Source: Dehalococcoidia bacterium
GTDB taxonomy: Bacteria; Chloroflexota; Dehalococcoidia; Lucifugimonadales; JADFKI01
Assembly: GCA_963422525.1 (NCBI GenBank)
Contig: OY730226.1
Location: 1,982,881-2,046,880, forward strand
Direction: 5' to 3'
DNA length: 64,000 nucleotides
Shown: positions 1 to 9,448 of the stretch, one piece after another
How the letters are laid out: every line of letters starts with the position of its first letter
Numbering within the stretch: the stretch's first letter is position 1
The notes under the pieces: model-generated
The model's database searches: none
Told to the model about the DNA's origin: nothing
Seen by the model: the letters and a program-made list of their open reading frames with translations, nothing else
Made by a program: the position numbers and the translations under genes

Positions 1-1226
1 ACGGGCCCCTAGGCGTCGAGCTTAAGCGCAATATCAAGGATGCGTGGTGGCGCAAGTTCGTCTGGGAGCGCGACGACATGGTTGGGCTAGACTCGTCCAT
101 CCTAATGCACCCGGAAGTCTGGCGCGCAAGCGGACATGTGGACAGCTTCACCGATCCGCTAGTGGACTGCCGGGAGTGCCGCCGGCGCTGGCGCGAAGAT
201 CAACTCACCGAGCGCAAGTGCCCCGACTGCGGCGGTGAACTGACGGACGCGCGCAACTTCAACCTGATGTTCAAGACATTCATCGGTCCCGTCGAGGACG
301 ACGCCTCCGTCGCATTCCTCAGACCCGAAACCGCGCAGGGCATCTTTGTGAACTTTGAGAATGTGCTCAACTCATCGCGCAAGCGCCTCCCATTCGGCAT
401 CGCTCAAATCGGCAAGGCGTTCCGCAACGAAATTACTACCGGCGGCTTCATCTTTCGCACGCGCGAGTTCGAGATGATGGAAATAGAATACTTCGTGGAG
501 CCGGGCGCCGACGAACAAGCTCACGAACAGTGGATTCAAGACTGCCTAGCCTGGTACACCGACCTGGGTGTGAGCAAGGACAGGCTGCGCGTGCGTGCCC
601 ACGAAGCTGACGAGCTTTCCCACTACTCAAAGGCGACCTACGATGTGGAGTACCTGTTCCCGTGGGGATGGGGCGAGATACAGGGCATCGCGAATCGCAC
701 AGACTTCGACCTCAAGGCGCATTCGGAACGCAGCGGGCATGCGTTGACATATTTTGACCAGGCGGCGAACAAGCGATTTACGCCCTATGTCGTCGAGCCT
801 GCAGCCGGCGTCGACCGCGCCGCCATGACTTTCTTGGTGGACGCCTACACCGAAGAGGAAGTTCCGACCGCCGCAGGCGGCGTTCAGAAGCGAACGCTGC
901 TCAAGCTGCATCCGACGATTGCGCCCGTAAAGGTGGCAGTGCTGCCGCTAAGTCGCAATCCTACCCTCGCGCCGCTCGCTCGTGAAGTCTATGACAAGGT
1001 GCGTCAGAGCGGCGCGGTGGACGGCTTCATCCAGTACGACGACGCACAGAGTATCGGCAGACGCTACCGCCGGCAGGACGAAATCGGTACGCCGCTATGC
1101 GTTACTGTCGATTTCGATTCGCTGGACGACAGTGCGGTTACCATACGCGAGCGTGACACGATGGAACAGACGCGCGTTGCGATTGATGTTCTGGCATCCG
1201 AGTTGCGCACGCGCCTGCAGGCGTAG
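1..1226 (+). CDS. glyQS: glycine--tRNA ligase (single-chain class II), 5' end cut by window edge
   Basis: Frame 3 is open from nt 3 (GPLGVELKRNIKDAWWRKF..) into the 78..1226 ORF. It carries SGHVDSFTDPLVDC, a CxxC..CxxC knuckle, FRNEITTGGFIFRTREFEMMEIEYF and an anticodon-binding-like C-terminus. Confidence 0.9.
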   Translation, partial: GPLGVELKRNIKDAWWRKFVWERDDMVGLDSSILMHPEVWRASGHVDSFTDPLVDCRECRRRWREDQLTERKCPDCGGELTDARNFNLMFKTFIGPVEDDASVAFLRPETAQGIFVNFENVLNSSRKRLPFGIAQIGKAFRNEITTGGFIFRTREFEMMEIEYFVEPGADEQAHEQWIQDCLAWYTDLGVSKDRLRVRAHEADELSHYSKATYDVEYLFPWGWGEIQGIANRTDFDLKAHSERSGHALTYFDQAANKRFTPYVVEPAAGVDRAAMTFLVDAYTEEEVPTAAGGVQKRTLLKLHPTIAPVKVAVLPLSRNPTLAPLAREVYDKVRQSGAVDGFIQYDDAQSIGRRYRRQDEIGTPLCVTVDFDSLDDSAVTIRERDTMEQTRVAIDVLASELRTRLQA

Positions 1227-1345
1227 GCTAACGGCGCTTCGGCTGAAATTCCGAGATTGGCGAATGTCGGCGCGCCGCTCCCATTTTAGCCCTCCCTGCG
1301 GCTGGAAGGAAGAAAACGCCGAAGCATTCAAGGACTTGTGCACTG

Positions 1346-2575
1346 ATGCGTATTCTGCACTTTGCGGACCTTCACATAGGCGTCGAGAACTATGGCAGGA
1401 TAGATCCGAACACTGGGCTGTCCTCGAGGCTGGGAGACTTCCTGCAGACATACGACGAACTCGTAGATTATGCGATAGCCGGCGGCGTTGACCTAGCGCT
1501 CTTCTGTGGCGACGCATACAAGAGCCGCAATCCATCGCAGACGCACCAGCGCGAGTTCGCCAAGCGCATAGCTCGCCTATCGAACGCCGGCATCCCCACA
1601 TTCTTGCTCGTGGGAAATCACGATACGCCTAATATCATCGCCCAGGCAACGGCGCTCGAAATCTTCCCAACGCTGAATGTGTCGAATGTGTATATCGGCG
1701 ACAGGCTGCAAACCTACTTGGTCGAAACCGCAGACGGGCCCTTGCAGGTGGTCGCCGTGCCGTGGATAAAGCGCAGCGAGTTTCTGGCGAGCGCTGCCGC
1801 CCGCCGTATGACACACCGCGAGATTAACGAAGCGATCGAGCAGAGCCTCGCAAACGCCATTCGGCTGCAAGCGGAGAGCCTAGACCCCGGCGTCCCGGCG
1901 GTCCTGGCAGGCCATGTTACTATCAGCCAGTCCACACTCGCATCGGAGCAATCCATGATGCTCGGACACGACCATGTGCTTCTGAACAGCAGCGTCGCGC
2001 TTCCACAGTTCGACTATGTAGCGCTTGGACACATCCACCGTCACCAGGCGCTTAACCAGCAGCCGCTCGTCGTCTATGCAGGCAGCGTCCAACGCGTGGA
2101 TTTCGGCGAAGAGAAAGACGACAAGGGCTTCTGTATGGTTGAAATCGATAAATCTCAGCCACAGGGGCTGCGGCTCAACGGCTTCGAATTTGTCAAGAAC
2201 AGCGCGCGCAAGTTCGTTACGGTTGATGTGAAGATTGCGGCAGGGGACAAAGACCCCACTGCGACGGTAATCAAGGCGATTAAAGAGCATGACCTGGCAG
2301 GGGCGATTGTGAGGGTGCGGCTTACACTGCCTTCGGAATTGGAAGCCTTGTTACTGGAATCCAAAATACTGGAATCGCTCGAAGCCGCTCACTACGTCGC
2401 GTCAATATCCAAAGATGTACAGGACAGGTCGCGCACGCGCCTTCAGGATACGAACACACGGGGCATATCGCCCAAAGATGCGCTGCGGATGTACCTGGAC
2501 ACGCGCAAAGTGGCGAATGACCGCGCCGACCTGCTGATGGAATACGCCGAGGCGCTAATTGACGAGACCGGCTAA
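1346..2575 (+). CDS. sbcD: SbcD/Mre11-family metallophosphoesterase nuclease
   Basis: MRILHFADLHIG, GDAYK, VGNHD, GHV and GHIH calcineurin-like phosphoesterase motifs in canonical order. No sbcC partner is adjacent. Confidence 0.8.
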   Translation: MRILHFADLHIGVENYGRIDPNTGLSSRLGDFLQTYDELVDYAIAGGVDLALFCGDAYKSRNPSQTHQREFAKRIARLSNAGIPTFLLVGNHDTPNIIAQATALEIFPTLNVSNVYIGDRLQTYLVETADGPLQVVAVPWIKRSEFLASAAARRMTHREINEAIEQSLANAIRLQAESLDPGVPAVLAGHVTISQSTLASEQSMMLGHDHVLLNSSVALPQFDYVALGHIHRHQALNQQPLVVYAGSVQRVDFGEEKDDKGFCMVEIDKSQPQGLRLNGFEFVKNSARKFVTVDVKIAAGDKDPTATVIKAIKEHDLAGAIVRVRLTLPSELEALLLESKILESLEAAHYVASISKDVQDRSRTRLQDTNTRGISPKDALRMYLDTRKVANDRADLLMEYAEALIDETG

Positions 2576-2604
2576 CATCGATGGGCAGCATGGATGGATA
2601 AAGT

Positions 2605-3123
2605 ATGATGTTGCATAGCGGATTGGCGCTGATTGGCTTGTCATGTCTGATGCTTCTAATGGCTGCCGCGTGCGCCTCAGATGCACCGCCCAGCGATAAG
2701 GCGCCCGACTTCGAGCTGACCCTCTACGGCACAAACGACCGGGAAGCGGGAGACACTCTGCGTATGTCTGAGCTGAAAGGGCGTCCGGTAGTGCTAAACT
2801 TCTGGTTCCCTTCGTGTCCGCCCTGCGTCGCCGAGATGCCGGCTATTGAGGAAGTCTATCAGAGCCACAAGGAATACGGAGTCGAGTTCATCGGCGTGCA
2901 GCTTCTCGGCATAGACACGGCAGAAGACGGTCAGCGTTTCGTGAACGAAGTCGGCGTCAGTTACGCCCTCGGCGTCGACAAGGACGACATCATCAGGAAG
3001 TACAAGGTGAGCGGATTTCCCACGACGGTGTTCGTCGATAAGGAGCAGAACATCGTTCGCTGGTGGCAAGGTGTTCTCAACGAAGAGAAGCTGGAAGAAA
3101 TTCTCGCTGAAATCCTGAACTAG
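2605..3123 (+). CDS. TlpA/ResA-like thiol:disulfide oxidoreductase, probable lipoprotein
   Basis: Signal/lipobox-like N-terminus (LLMAAAC), thioredoxin fold with WFPSCPPC active site, and GFPTTVF cis-Pro region. Confidence 0.8.
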   Translation: MMLHSGLALIGLSCLMLLMAAACASDAPPSDKAPDFELTLYGTNDREAGDTLRMSELKGRPVVLNFWFPSCPPCVAEMPAIEEVYQSHKEYGVEFIGVQLLGIDTAEDGQRFVNEVGVSYALGVDKDDIIRKYKVSGFPTTVFVDKEQNIVRWWQGVLNEEKLEEILAEILN

Positions 3124-3175
3124 GCAGTATGACGATGCCAAGCAACCCGCCGTCTGCGAGCCTCAAGATTGACCG

Positions 3176-3673
3176 ATGAGCCTGACCGACATCTTTCTGC
3201 TCATCGTCAGGTGGTTGCATCTGGCATCGGCAGCCGTCTGGGTTGGAGGCAGCGTGTTCTACCTGATAGTGCTTCGACCTGTGCTGCGACGCTCTCCTCA
3301 GGCTTCTAAGCTCATCAGCGCCACCGCCGCAACCGAATTCCGCGCGCTCGTGGATACCTGCGCATATGTGCTCATCGCTACAGGCGTAATCCTGACACTG
3401 AACCGCCTGACGCCGGGCATTGTCGGCGCGCCCTACGTGATTGCGCTAGGCGTTAAAATTGCGCTATCGGCGTGGATGTTCACCCTTGCGTGGTCTCGGC
3501 GCAAACGCACATCGCTGATGGAAGCGTTCCGCACGCCACAAGAGCCCGCGACCAACCCCCTCAGCAAGGCGCTGCGAGCGCTGTCAGGCTACAACACCAT
3601 CGTCATCCTAGGGCTAATCGTGTTCCTATTGTCGGACCTGCTCAAGACGCTGTTCGAGCTCGCGCTGCGCTGA
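3176..3673 (+). CDS. integral membrane protein (4 predicted TM helices, CopD-like topology)
   Basis: 165-aa ORF with four hydrophobic helices. No catalytic motif recognised. Confidence 0.5.
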   Translation: MSLTDIFLLIVRWLHLASAAVWVGGSVFYLIVLRPVLRRSPQASKLISATAATEFRALVDTCAYVLIATGVILTLNRLTPGIVGAPYVIALGVKIALSAWMFTLAWSRRKRTSLMEAFRTPQEPATNPLSKALRALSGYNTIVILGLIVFLLSDLLKTLFELALR

Positions 3674-3723
3674 AAGCCGCCACCGCCTATGCTTATGCGT
3701 TACAATGACGCTTTACCTACTCA

Positions 3724-3921
3724 ATGGAGGGATTGGCAATGCGACGCAATCTGATGGACATACTTGTTTGTCCGATGTGCAGGGGCAAGTTACGCCTGAA
3801 GATCAGTGTGGAGCGCGACGGTGAGATTGTGGAGGGCAGCCTCACCTGCAAAGCATGCGATGAGACCTATCCCATAGAGGACACCATACCAAATATGCTG
3901 CCACCGTCCCTGCGCGATTAG
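3724..3921 (+). CDS. Trm112-family zinc-ribbon protein
   Basis: LVCPMCRGKL ... LTCKACDETYPIEDTIPNMLP is the typical Trm112/UPF0434 signature. Confidence 0.75.
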   Translation: MEGLAMRRNLMDILVCPMCRGKLRLKISVERDGEIVEGSLTCKACDETYPIEDTIPNMLPPSLRD

Positions 3922-3951
3922 CCATCGCTGCAGGGTCAATCGCCTGACGAC

Positions 3952-4473
3952 TCACCGCCAGCTTACCGCTGTAATGCCGTCCGAGTCGAACGGCAGCTCT
4001 TCGAGCATGTCGCTGACGGTCAAGCCGCTCACAGGATGGCGCAAGTGGGGCGCTATGTCCGCGAGGGGACGGAGTACGAACGAGCGAGCGCTTAACTGCG
4101 GATGTGGCAGCATAACGGGAGGCGTATGGATCACAAGTCGATTGTATAGCAGGATGTCCAGGTCCAATAGACGCGGCGCGTTCCGGAATGTGCGCCGTCT
4201 GCCGACTGCCGCCTCGATGCCAAGCAGCTCATCCATAAGCTGAAACGACGTCAGCCGCGTGCGCAGACGACAGGCGGCGTTGTAGAAGGGCGGCTGACTT
4301 CGAAAGCCTTGGGGCGCCGTCCTGTACAGCGATGACGCCTGCAAATCAACGCCAAATTGCCCAATCATATCCAGGGCGGAGCGTAAGTTCTGCACGGATT
4401 TGCCCAGGTTCGAGCCAAGCCCTATGTATGCCTCATTAAGCATTGTCGGCTCGCCAGCCGCGCACAACGGCAT
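3952..4473 (-). CDS. folK: 2-amino-4-hydroxy-6-hydroxymethyldihydropteridine diphosphokinase
   Basis: AYIGLGSNLG near the N-terminus and an LDLDILLY block. It lies immediately downstream of and overlaps folP. The true start may be Met11 at 4443. Confidence 0.85.
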   Translation of the reverse strand: MPLCAAGEPTMLNEAYIGLGSNLGKSVQNLRSALDMIGQFGVDLQASSLYRTAPQGFRSQPPFYNAACRLRTRLTSFQLMDELLGIEAAVGRRRTFRNAPRLLDLDILLYNRLVIHTPPVMLPHPQLSARSFVLRPLADIAPHLRHPVSGLTVSDMLEELPFDSDGITAVSWR

Positions 4474-5329
4474 CGCTCATCCTCGCCACCCGCGCCATCT
4501 CTTTCACATCATGCACGCGCACAATGTCGGCGCCGAACGCTACCGACAACGCCACGGTCGCCGCAGTGCCTTCCAGCCGCTCATCGACAGGCAGGTCGAG
4601 CACATAGCCGATCGTTGACTTGCGGGACATTCCTACCAAGATAGGCATGTCCAGCGCGTGAAACTCGCCCAGCCTTCGGAGTATCTCCAAGTTGTGCTCG
4701 GCGGTCTTGCCGAACCCCATTCCCGGGTCTAGGATAATATTCTCGCGCCTCACACCCGCGGTGATGGCTGCGTCCGTCATACCGCTCAACTCGCCGATGA
4801 TGTCGGGCACAAGGTCGCGGTATCCGGTATGTCCCCGGTTGTGCATCAGCGCCACCGGCACATCGAAGTCAGCCACTACCTGTGCCATCGCCGGGTCGCG
4901 CCGAAAACCCCACACATCGTTTATCATCGCGGCGCCGGCCTGAATCGCATCGCGCGCGACCGCAGCCTTGTAAGTGTCCACGCTGACGGGTATTTCCAGG
5001 ACGCGCGCGAGGGCTTCAATGACAGGAATCACCCGCTCCCGCTCCTCATCCGCCGATACTGGGCCGGCTCCCGCGTATATGGACGCCGGCCGCGTGGATT
5101 CGCCGCCGATGTCTATAATGTCCGCGCCCTCCGCCTGAAAGCGTATCGCCTGCTCAATGGCGCCATCAACATTGCCACCTAGCCCGTCGCCGGAGAACGA
5201 GTCAGGGGTTGCATTGATGACGCCCATGATATAGGTGCGCCGCCCCCAATGGAAGCGGCGCTTTCCTATTTTCGTGGGCATGGACAGAGTTCGGTTGTAG
5301 GGCTGCGTATCCTTCGGCTTGTCGATCAT
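4436..5329 (-). CDS. folP: dihydropteroate synthase
   Basis: IMGVINATPDSFSGDG, DIGGESTRP and GxSRKS motifs. Confidence 0.9.
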   Translation of the reverse strand: MIDKPKDTQPYNRTLSMPTKIGKRRFHWGRRTYIMGVINATPDSFSGDGLGGNVDGAIEQAIRFQAEGADIIDIGGESTRPASIYAGAGPVSADEERERVIPVIEALARVLEIPVSVDTYKAAVARDAIQAGAAMINDVWGFRRDPAMAQVVADFDVPVALMHNRGHTGYRDLVPDIIGELSGMTDAAITAGVRRENIILDPGMGFGKTAEHNLEILRRLGEFHALDMPILVGMSRKSTIGYVLDLPVDERLEGTAATVALSVAFGADIVRVHDVKEMARVARMSDAVVRGWRADNA

Positions 5330-5566
5330 CGATTTCTGATGTTAGAGGGTGTTACCCAATTTCCATTGACGCCGAGCGCTTATCGCCGCGGCGGTTGTTC
5401 TAAGTATATCACGCCCGCTGAGTATAACCTCGCGCAGTTAATCGCAGGGGCGCTATTCCCGAATTATCTTGTTACTTATAACGGTTTCTGTTACCGTTTG
5501 GCTAGGCGATAGCGGCATACATCACTCAATTTGAACTTCCCCAAGTCGTCTTTTGTGGAGGCAGGG

Positions 5567-7141
5567 ATGTCTCAGAGAATGGTTGTTCGCAAGAAGGTAG
5601 AAAACACGCTCAAGGACCTCCAAGAGAGGCGGGAGCGGGCGCGTCAGGGCGGTGGGCAGCGCCGCATCGAGGCGCAGCGACGTCGTGGCAAGCTCACGGC
5701 GCGCGAACGCATCGATATGCTCTTTGACGCCGGCAGCTTCCAAGAGATGGACGCCTTCGCACAGCATCGCGCGACCGAGTTCGGTCTTGCCGAGGAGCGA
5801 CCGCTTGGCGATGCTGTAGTCACCGGCTACGGCAAGGTGAACGGGCGGCTGACTTTCGTGTACTCCCAAGATTTCACCGTTCTCGGCGGCTCACTTTCCG
5901 AAGTGGTGGGCAAGAAGATATGCAAGGTGATGGACCTGGCTGCGAACGGCGGCGCGCCTGTGGTGGGCCTCATAGACTCCGGCGGCGCGCGGATTCAAGA
6001 AGGCGTGCTCAGCCTCGCCGGATATGCGGACATCTTCACGCGCAATGTACGATCGTCGGGTGTCATACCCCAGATTTCCGTCATTCTGGGGCCTGCCGCC
6101 GGAGGTGCGACATACTCCCCTGCCCTGACGGACTTCATCTTCATGGTCAAAGGCATCGGGCAGATGTACATCACGGGGCCGGATGTCATCAGAGCGGTTA
6201 CTGGCGAACAGGTTACGCACGAGGAGCTGGGCGGCGCTGAAAGTCACGCCTCGCGCAGCGGCGTAGCCCACTTTTCGCCGGAGTCCGAAGAGGATTGCTT
6301 CCAGCAGGTGCGGCGACTGCTCGCCTTCTTGCCCCAGAACAACATGGAAGACCCTCCCCGCCTCGACGCTTTCGACGACCCGATGCGTAAGACAGCCGAA
6401 CTGCTGGATGTCATTCCAAGTAGGACGAACGCGCCTTACGACATGCTGCGAGTTATTGCGAGCGTCGTGGATGACGGCGATTTCCTGCAGGTGCATGAGA
6501 GGTTTGCGCGCAACATAATCGTCGGGTTTGGACGAATGGACGGCAAGCCGATTGGCGTTGTGGCGCAACAACCTTCGCATCTGGCGGGCGCGCTGGATAT
6601 TGACGCATCAAGCAAGGCGGCTAGGTTCGTGCGCTTTTGCGACGCCTTCAACATACCTGTGCTCTCCTTCGTCGATGTACCAGGATTCATGCCGGGCACA
6701 AACCAAGAGTATGGCGGCATCATAAGACACGGAGCGAAGCTGATATACGCCTACGCAGAGGCGAGCGTGCCCAAGATAAGCGTGCTCACGCGCAAGGCGT
6801 ATGGCGGCGCGTACATCGTTATGAGCAGCAAGGGCTTGCTTGGAGATATTAACTACGCATGGCCGACCGCCGAGATAGCGGTGATGGGCGCCGAGGGCGC
6901 CGTCAACATAATCTATCGGAGTGAGATAGCCTCGGCTGAAGATCCGGAAGCGATGCGTTCGCAACTGGCGGGAGATTATCGCGACAAGCTGGTGAACCCG
7001 TATGTAGCCGCCGCGCACGGGCTGATTGATGATGTGATAGACCCGGCTGACACCAGAATCAAGGTCATAAGCGCGCTGGAGATGCTCACCAACAAACGGG
7101 AGACGCTGCCACAACGCAAGCACGGGAGCATACCACTCTGA
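5567..7141 (+). CDS. acyl-CoA carboxyltransferase, 12S/propionyl-CoA carboxylase beta-type subunit
   Basis: Full-length carboxyltransferase with two crotonase-like halves (GGSLSEVVGKKI, DSGGARIQEG, VLTRKAYGGAYIVM). A GGAGG SD lies 6 nt upstream of the ATG at 5567; the ORF-track start 5531 is an upstream alternative codon. Confidence 0.9.
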   Translation: MSQRMVVRKKVENTLKDLQERRERARQGGGQRRIEAQRRRGKLTARERIDMLFDAGSFQEMDAFAQHRATEFGLAEERPLGDAVVTGYGKVNGRLTFVYSQDFTVLGGSLSEVVGKKICKVMDLAANGGAPVVGLIDSGGARIQEGVLSLAGYADIFTRNVRSSGVIPQISVILGPAAGGATYSPALTDFIFMVKGIGQMYITGPDVIRAVTGEQVTHEELGGAESHASRSGVAHFSPESEEDCFQQVRRLLAFLPQNNMEDPPRLDAFDDPMRKTAELLDVIPSRTNAPYDMLRVIASVVDDGDFLQVHERFARNIIVGFGRMDGKPIGVVAQQPSHLAGALDIDASSKAARFVRFCDAFNIPVLSFVDVPGFMPGTNQEYGGIIRHGAKLIYAYAEASVPKISVLTRKAYGGAYIVMSSKGLLGDINYAWPTAEIAVMGAEGAVNIIYRSEIASAEDPEAMRSQLAGDYRDKLVNPYVAAAHGLIDDVIDPADTRIKVISALEMLTNKRETLPQRKHGSIPL

Positions 7142-7350
7142 TGGCGGCGGGCGAAGGCGTGTTCATAACGAAACGGATAGCCGCCGTGGTTGCCGCTGTA
7201 CATGCGTATCTCGATGCTGAAAGGCGCATCGAACGGAGCCGTTCCTCGGATGTGGGAGCGTGGCGCTCGTCGATATTGCCCGGCAGCAACGATGGCGTCG
7301 CTAGCCGCCGCTCCTGGACAGGCAGAGACGCGGCAATTAGCGCAAGATAG
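7141..7350 (+). CDS. small protein between the carboxyltransferase genes (possible accessory subunit)
   Basis: Its ATG overlaps the 12S stop (TGATG). The IAAVVAAVHAYL motif resembles small subunits or linkers of biotin-dependent decarboxylase/carboxylase complexes. It fits exactly between the two large genes. Confidence 0.35.
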   Translation: MAAGEGVFITKRIAAVVAAVHAYLDAERRIERSRSSDVGAWRSSILPGSNDGVASRRSWTGRDAAISAR

Positions 7351-7357
7351 GTCTATT

Positions 7358-9250
7358 ATGTCCATAAATCCGGTAAAGATAACCGACACGACGCTGAGAG
7401 ACGGCCATCAGAGCCTGATGGCAACCCGCCTGCGCCTTGAGGACATGGTGGACATCGCGCCTGCTATGGATGCGGTGGGCTTTGACGCGATGGAAGTATG
7501 GGGCGGCGCGACTTTCGACGCTGCAACGCGGTTCTTGGGTGAAGACCCATGGGAACGACTTCGCACCCTCAAGCGCCTCATACCGAATACGCCGCTGTCC
7601 ATGCTGCTGCGTGGACAATCGCTTGTGGGCTATCGCAATTACGCTGACGATGTAGTTGATGCATTTGTTGCGCGGTCGGCAGAGGTCGGCATCGACATCT
7701 TCAGGGTCTTCGACGCCCTGAACGATGAGCGCAATGTATTGAGGTCGTCGCAGGCGGTCAAGCGCGCAGGCAAGCATTTGCAGCTCGCGATATGCTATTC
7801 GGTAACGGAAGAGGGCAAGCTCGGCGGGCCATATTACAACTTGGATTACTATCTGTCCAAAGCGAAACTGTTCGAGGAGATGGGCGCGGATAGCATCTGC
7901 ATTAAGGACATGGGTGGTCTGCTTGCTCCTTACGACGCCTACGAACTGGTAACCGCCTTGAATGAGGCGGTGAACATTCCGCTCCAGCTGCACTGCCATT
8001 ACACGAGCGGAATGGCGGCGATGAGCGCGCTGAAAGCGATTGAAGCAGGCGTTGACGGCGTGGATACCTGTTGCGCGCCATTTGCGCTGCGGACAGCGCA
8101 GCCGGCAATCGAGCCTTTGCTGGTTACACTTCGCGGCAGCGACAGGGAGCTGCGTATCGACCTTGAGAAGATACTGGAAATTGGCGACTACTTTGAAGGC
8201 GTACTGCCCAAATATCAGCGCTACATGGAAAGCGCGCGCGTCTCGGTGATAGACGCTAGGGCGCTCGACCACCAGATACCCGGCGGAATGATGAGCAACC
8301 TCGTGTCGCAGCTGCGCGAGGCGGGCGCTATCGACAGGCTGACTGAAGTGCTGGAAGAGGTACCGCATACGCGCAGGGATTTGGGCTATCCGCCGCTGGT
8401 TACGCCGATGAGCCAGATGGCAGGCGCACAGGCGGTCAACAATGTCCTGTTCGGACGCTATGCAATGGTTACGGGCGCGGTCAAAGAGTATGTCGCCGGC
8501 AAGTTCGGCGCTCCGCCCGGTGAGATTTCGCCTGAACTCCGCAGCAAGGCGCTCGGAAGCGCTTCGGCTTCTGATGCGGATGCACCCGGCGCCTTGCCGC
8601 CGGAAATGGACGCAGCGCGCGATGCGGTCAAGCACATCACGACTGACATTGAGGATGCGCTGACATACGCCCTGTATCCGACGACGGGCATGAAGTTCCT
8701 GCGCATCAAGCACGGCTTGGACCCGATGCCGGATGACATGAAGCCGATTGAGATGGCGAAGAAACCAGACGACACGCCGACTTCGACGGACTCAGAGCCG
8801 CCTAAAAGGGCGCGCAGTCGCCAAGCGCGCAGTTTCAGCGTGTATGTAGGCGGAGAGCGGTTTGAGGTTGAGGTTGAGCCGAACGCTCCCCAAGACAGAA
8901 TGCGGGTTAGCTCCGCGGCGTCAATTTCACCGCCGCCGACCGAGTCCGCAGCCCCGCGGGCCTCATACGCACAGACCCAAGGGCAGCAGCCGACGGCAGG
9001 CACAGCGGCTGAGGCATCACCAGACGAAGCCCTCATTACTGCTCCTATACCAGGCGTCGTGCTGCGATATGAGGTGAAGGTTGGACAGAGAGTCGACGAG
9101 GGTGACTCCATCGTGGTGCTTGAGGCGATGAAAATGGAGAACACGCTACCATCCCCAGCAACCGGAACAGTCAAGGCGCTGGTCGCCGACATAGGCGCAA
9201 CAGTTGCCAAAGACGCGGCGCTCGCTATAATCTCGTTAGGTACAGACTAG
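7358..9250 (+). CDS. 5S-type carboxyltransferase (oxaloacetate decarboxylase alpha / PycB-like) fused to a C-terminal biotinyl carrier domain
   Basis: ITDTTLRDGHQS TIM-barrel start, a Pro/Ser/Thr/Ala-rich linker, then a biotinyl domain with the EAMKMEN biotinylation motif. The start is taken at MSINPVK (7358), not at the 7190 extension that overlaps the small ORF. Confidence 0.9.
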   Translation: MSINPVKITDTTLRDGHQSLMATRLRLEDMVDIAPAMDAVGFDAMEVWGGATFDAATRFLGEDPWERLRTLKRLIPNTPLSMLLRGQSLVGYRNYADDVVDAFVARSAEVGIDIFRVFDALNDERNVLRSSQAVKRAGKHLQLAICYSVTEEGKLGGPYYNLDYYLSKAKLFEEMGADSICIKDMGGLLAPYDAYELVTALNEAVNIPLQLHCHYTSGMAAMSALKAIEAGVDGVDTCCAPFALRTAQPAIEPLLVTLRGSDRELRIDLEKILEIGDYFEGVLPKYQRYMESARVSVIDARALDHQIPGGMMSNLVSQLREAGAIDRLTEVLEEVPHTRRDLGYPPLVTPMSQMAGAQAVNNVLFGRYAMVTGAVKEYVAGKFGAPPGEISPELRSKALGSASASDADAPGALPPEMDAARDAVKHITTDIEDALTYALYPTTGMKFLRIKHGLDPMPDDMKPIEMAKKPDDTPTSTDSEPPKRARSRQARSFSVYVGGERFEVEVEPNAPQDRMRVSSAASISPPPTESAAPRASYAQTQGQQPTAGTAAEASPDEALITAPIPGVVLRYEVKVGQRVDEGDSIVVLEAMKMENTLPSPATGTVKALVADIGATVAKDAALAIISLGTD

Positions 9251-9448
9251 GACAAATAGCATTATGCTAAACAGCAAAAAGGGCTGGGGCAGTTCAACCG
9301 TCTTGAAGCGCTGGGAGGCATTTGCGCCCTTATGAATCAACGATTCGGGTGGCTCGCATCGCCGAAATTGACTGACGCAATACTGTTTCGGAGTAGCGAG
9401 GCGAACCGCTCGCAATGACAGCGAATAGGATAGGGAAAGGAGTCCGGC

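Noticed and set aside
1346-2575. sbcD without an adjacent sbcC
   Set aside because: This is slightly unusual, but the partner ATPase may be encoded elsewhere. Nothing in the sequence suggests a novel function.
7190-7357. N-terminal 56-aa extension of the 5S carboxyltransferase ORF
   Set aside because: It overlaps the 69-aa ORF and lacks similarity to the conserved family N-terminus, which begins at MSINPVKITDTTLRDGHQS (7358).
7337-8713. Long antisense ORFs opposite strong genes: 458 aa here, and also 53004-54032, 31420-32352, 28831-29733, 12635-13345, 5891-6580 and 23898-24578
   Set aside because: These are shadow ORFs typical of GC-rich DNA. They have Arg/Ala/His-rich low-complexity composition, no motifs, and each lies fully within a confidently assigned gene on the other strand.
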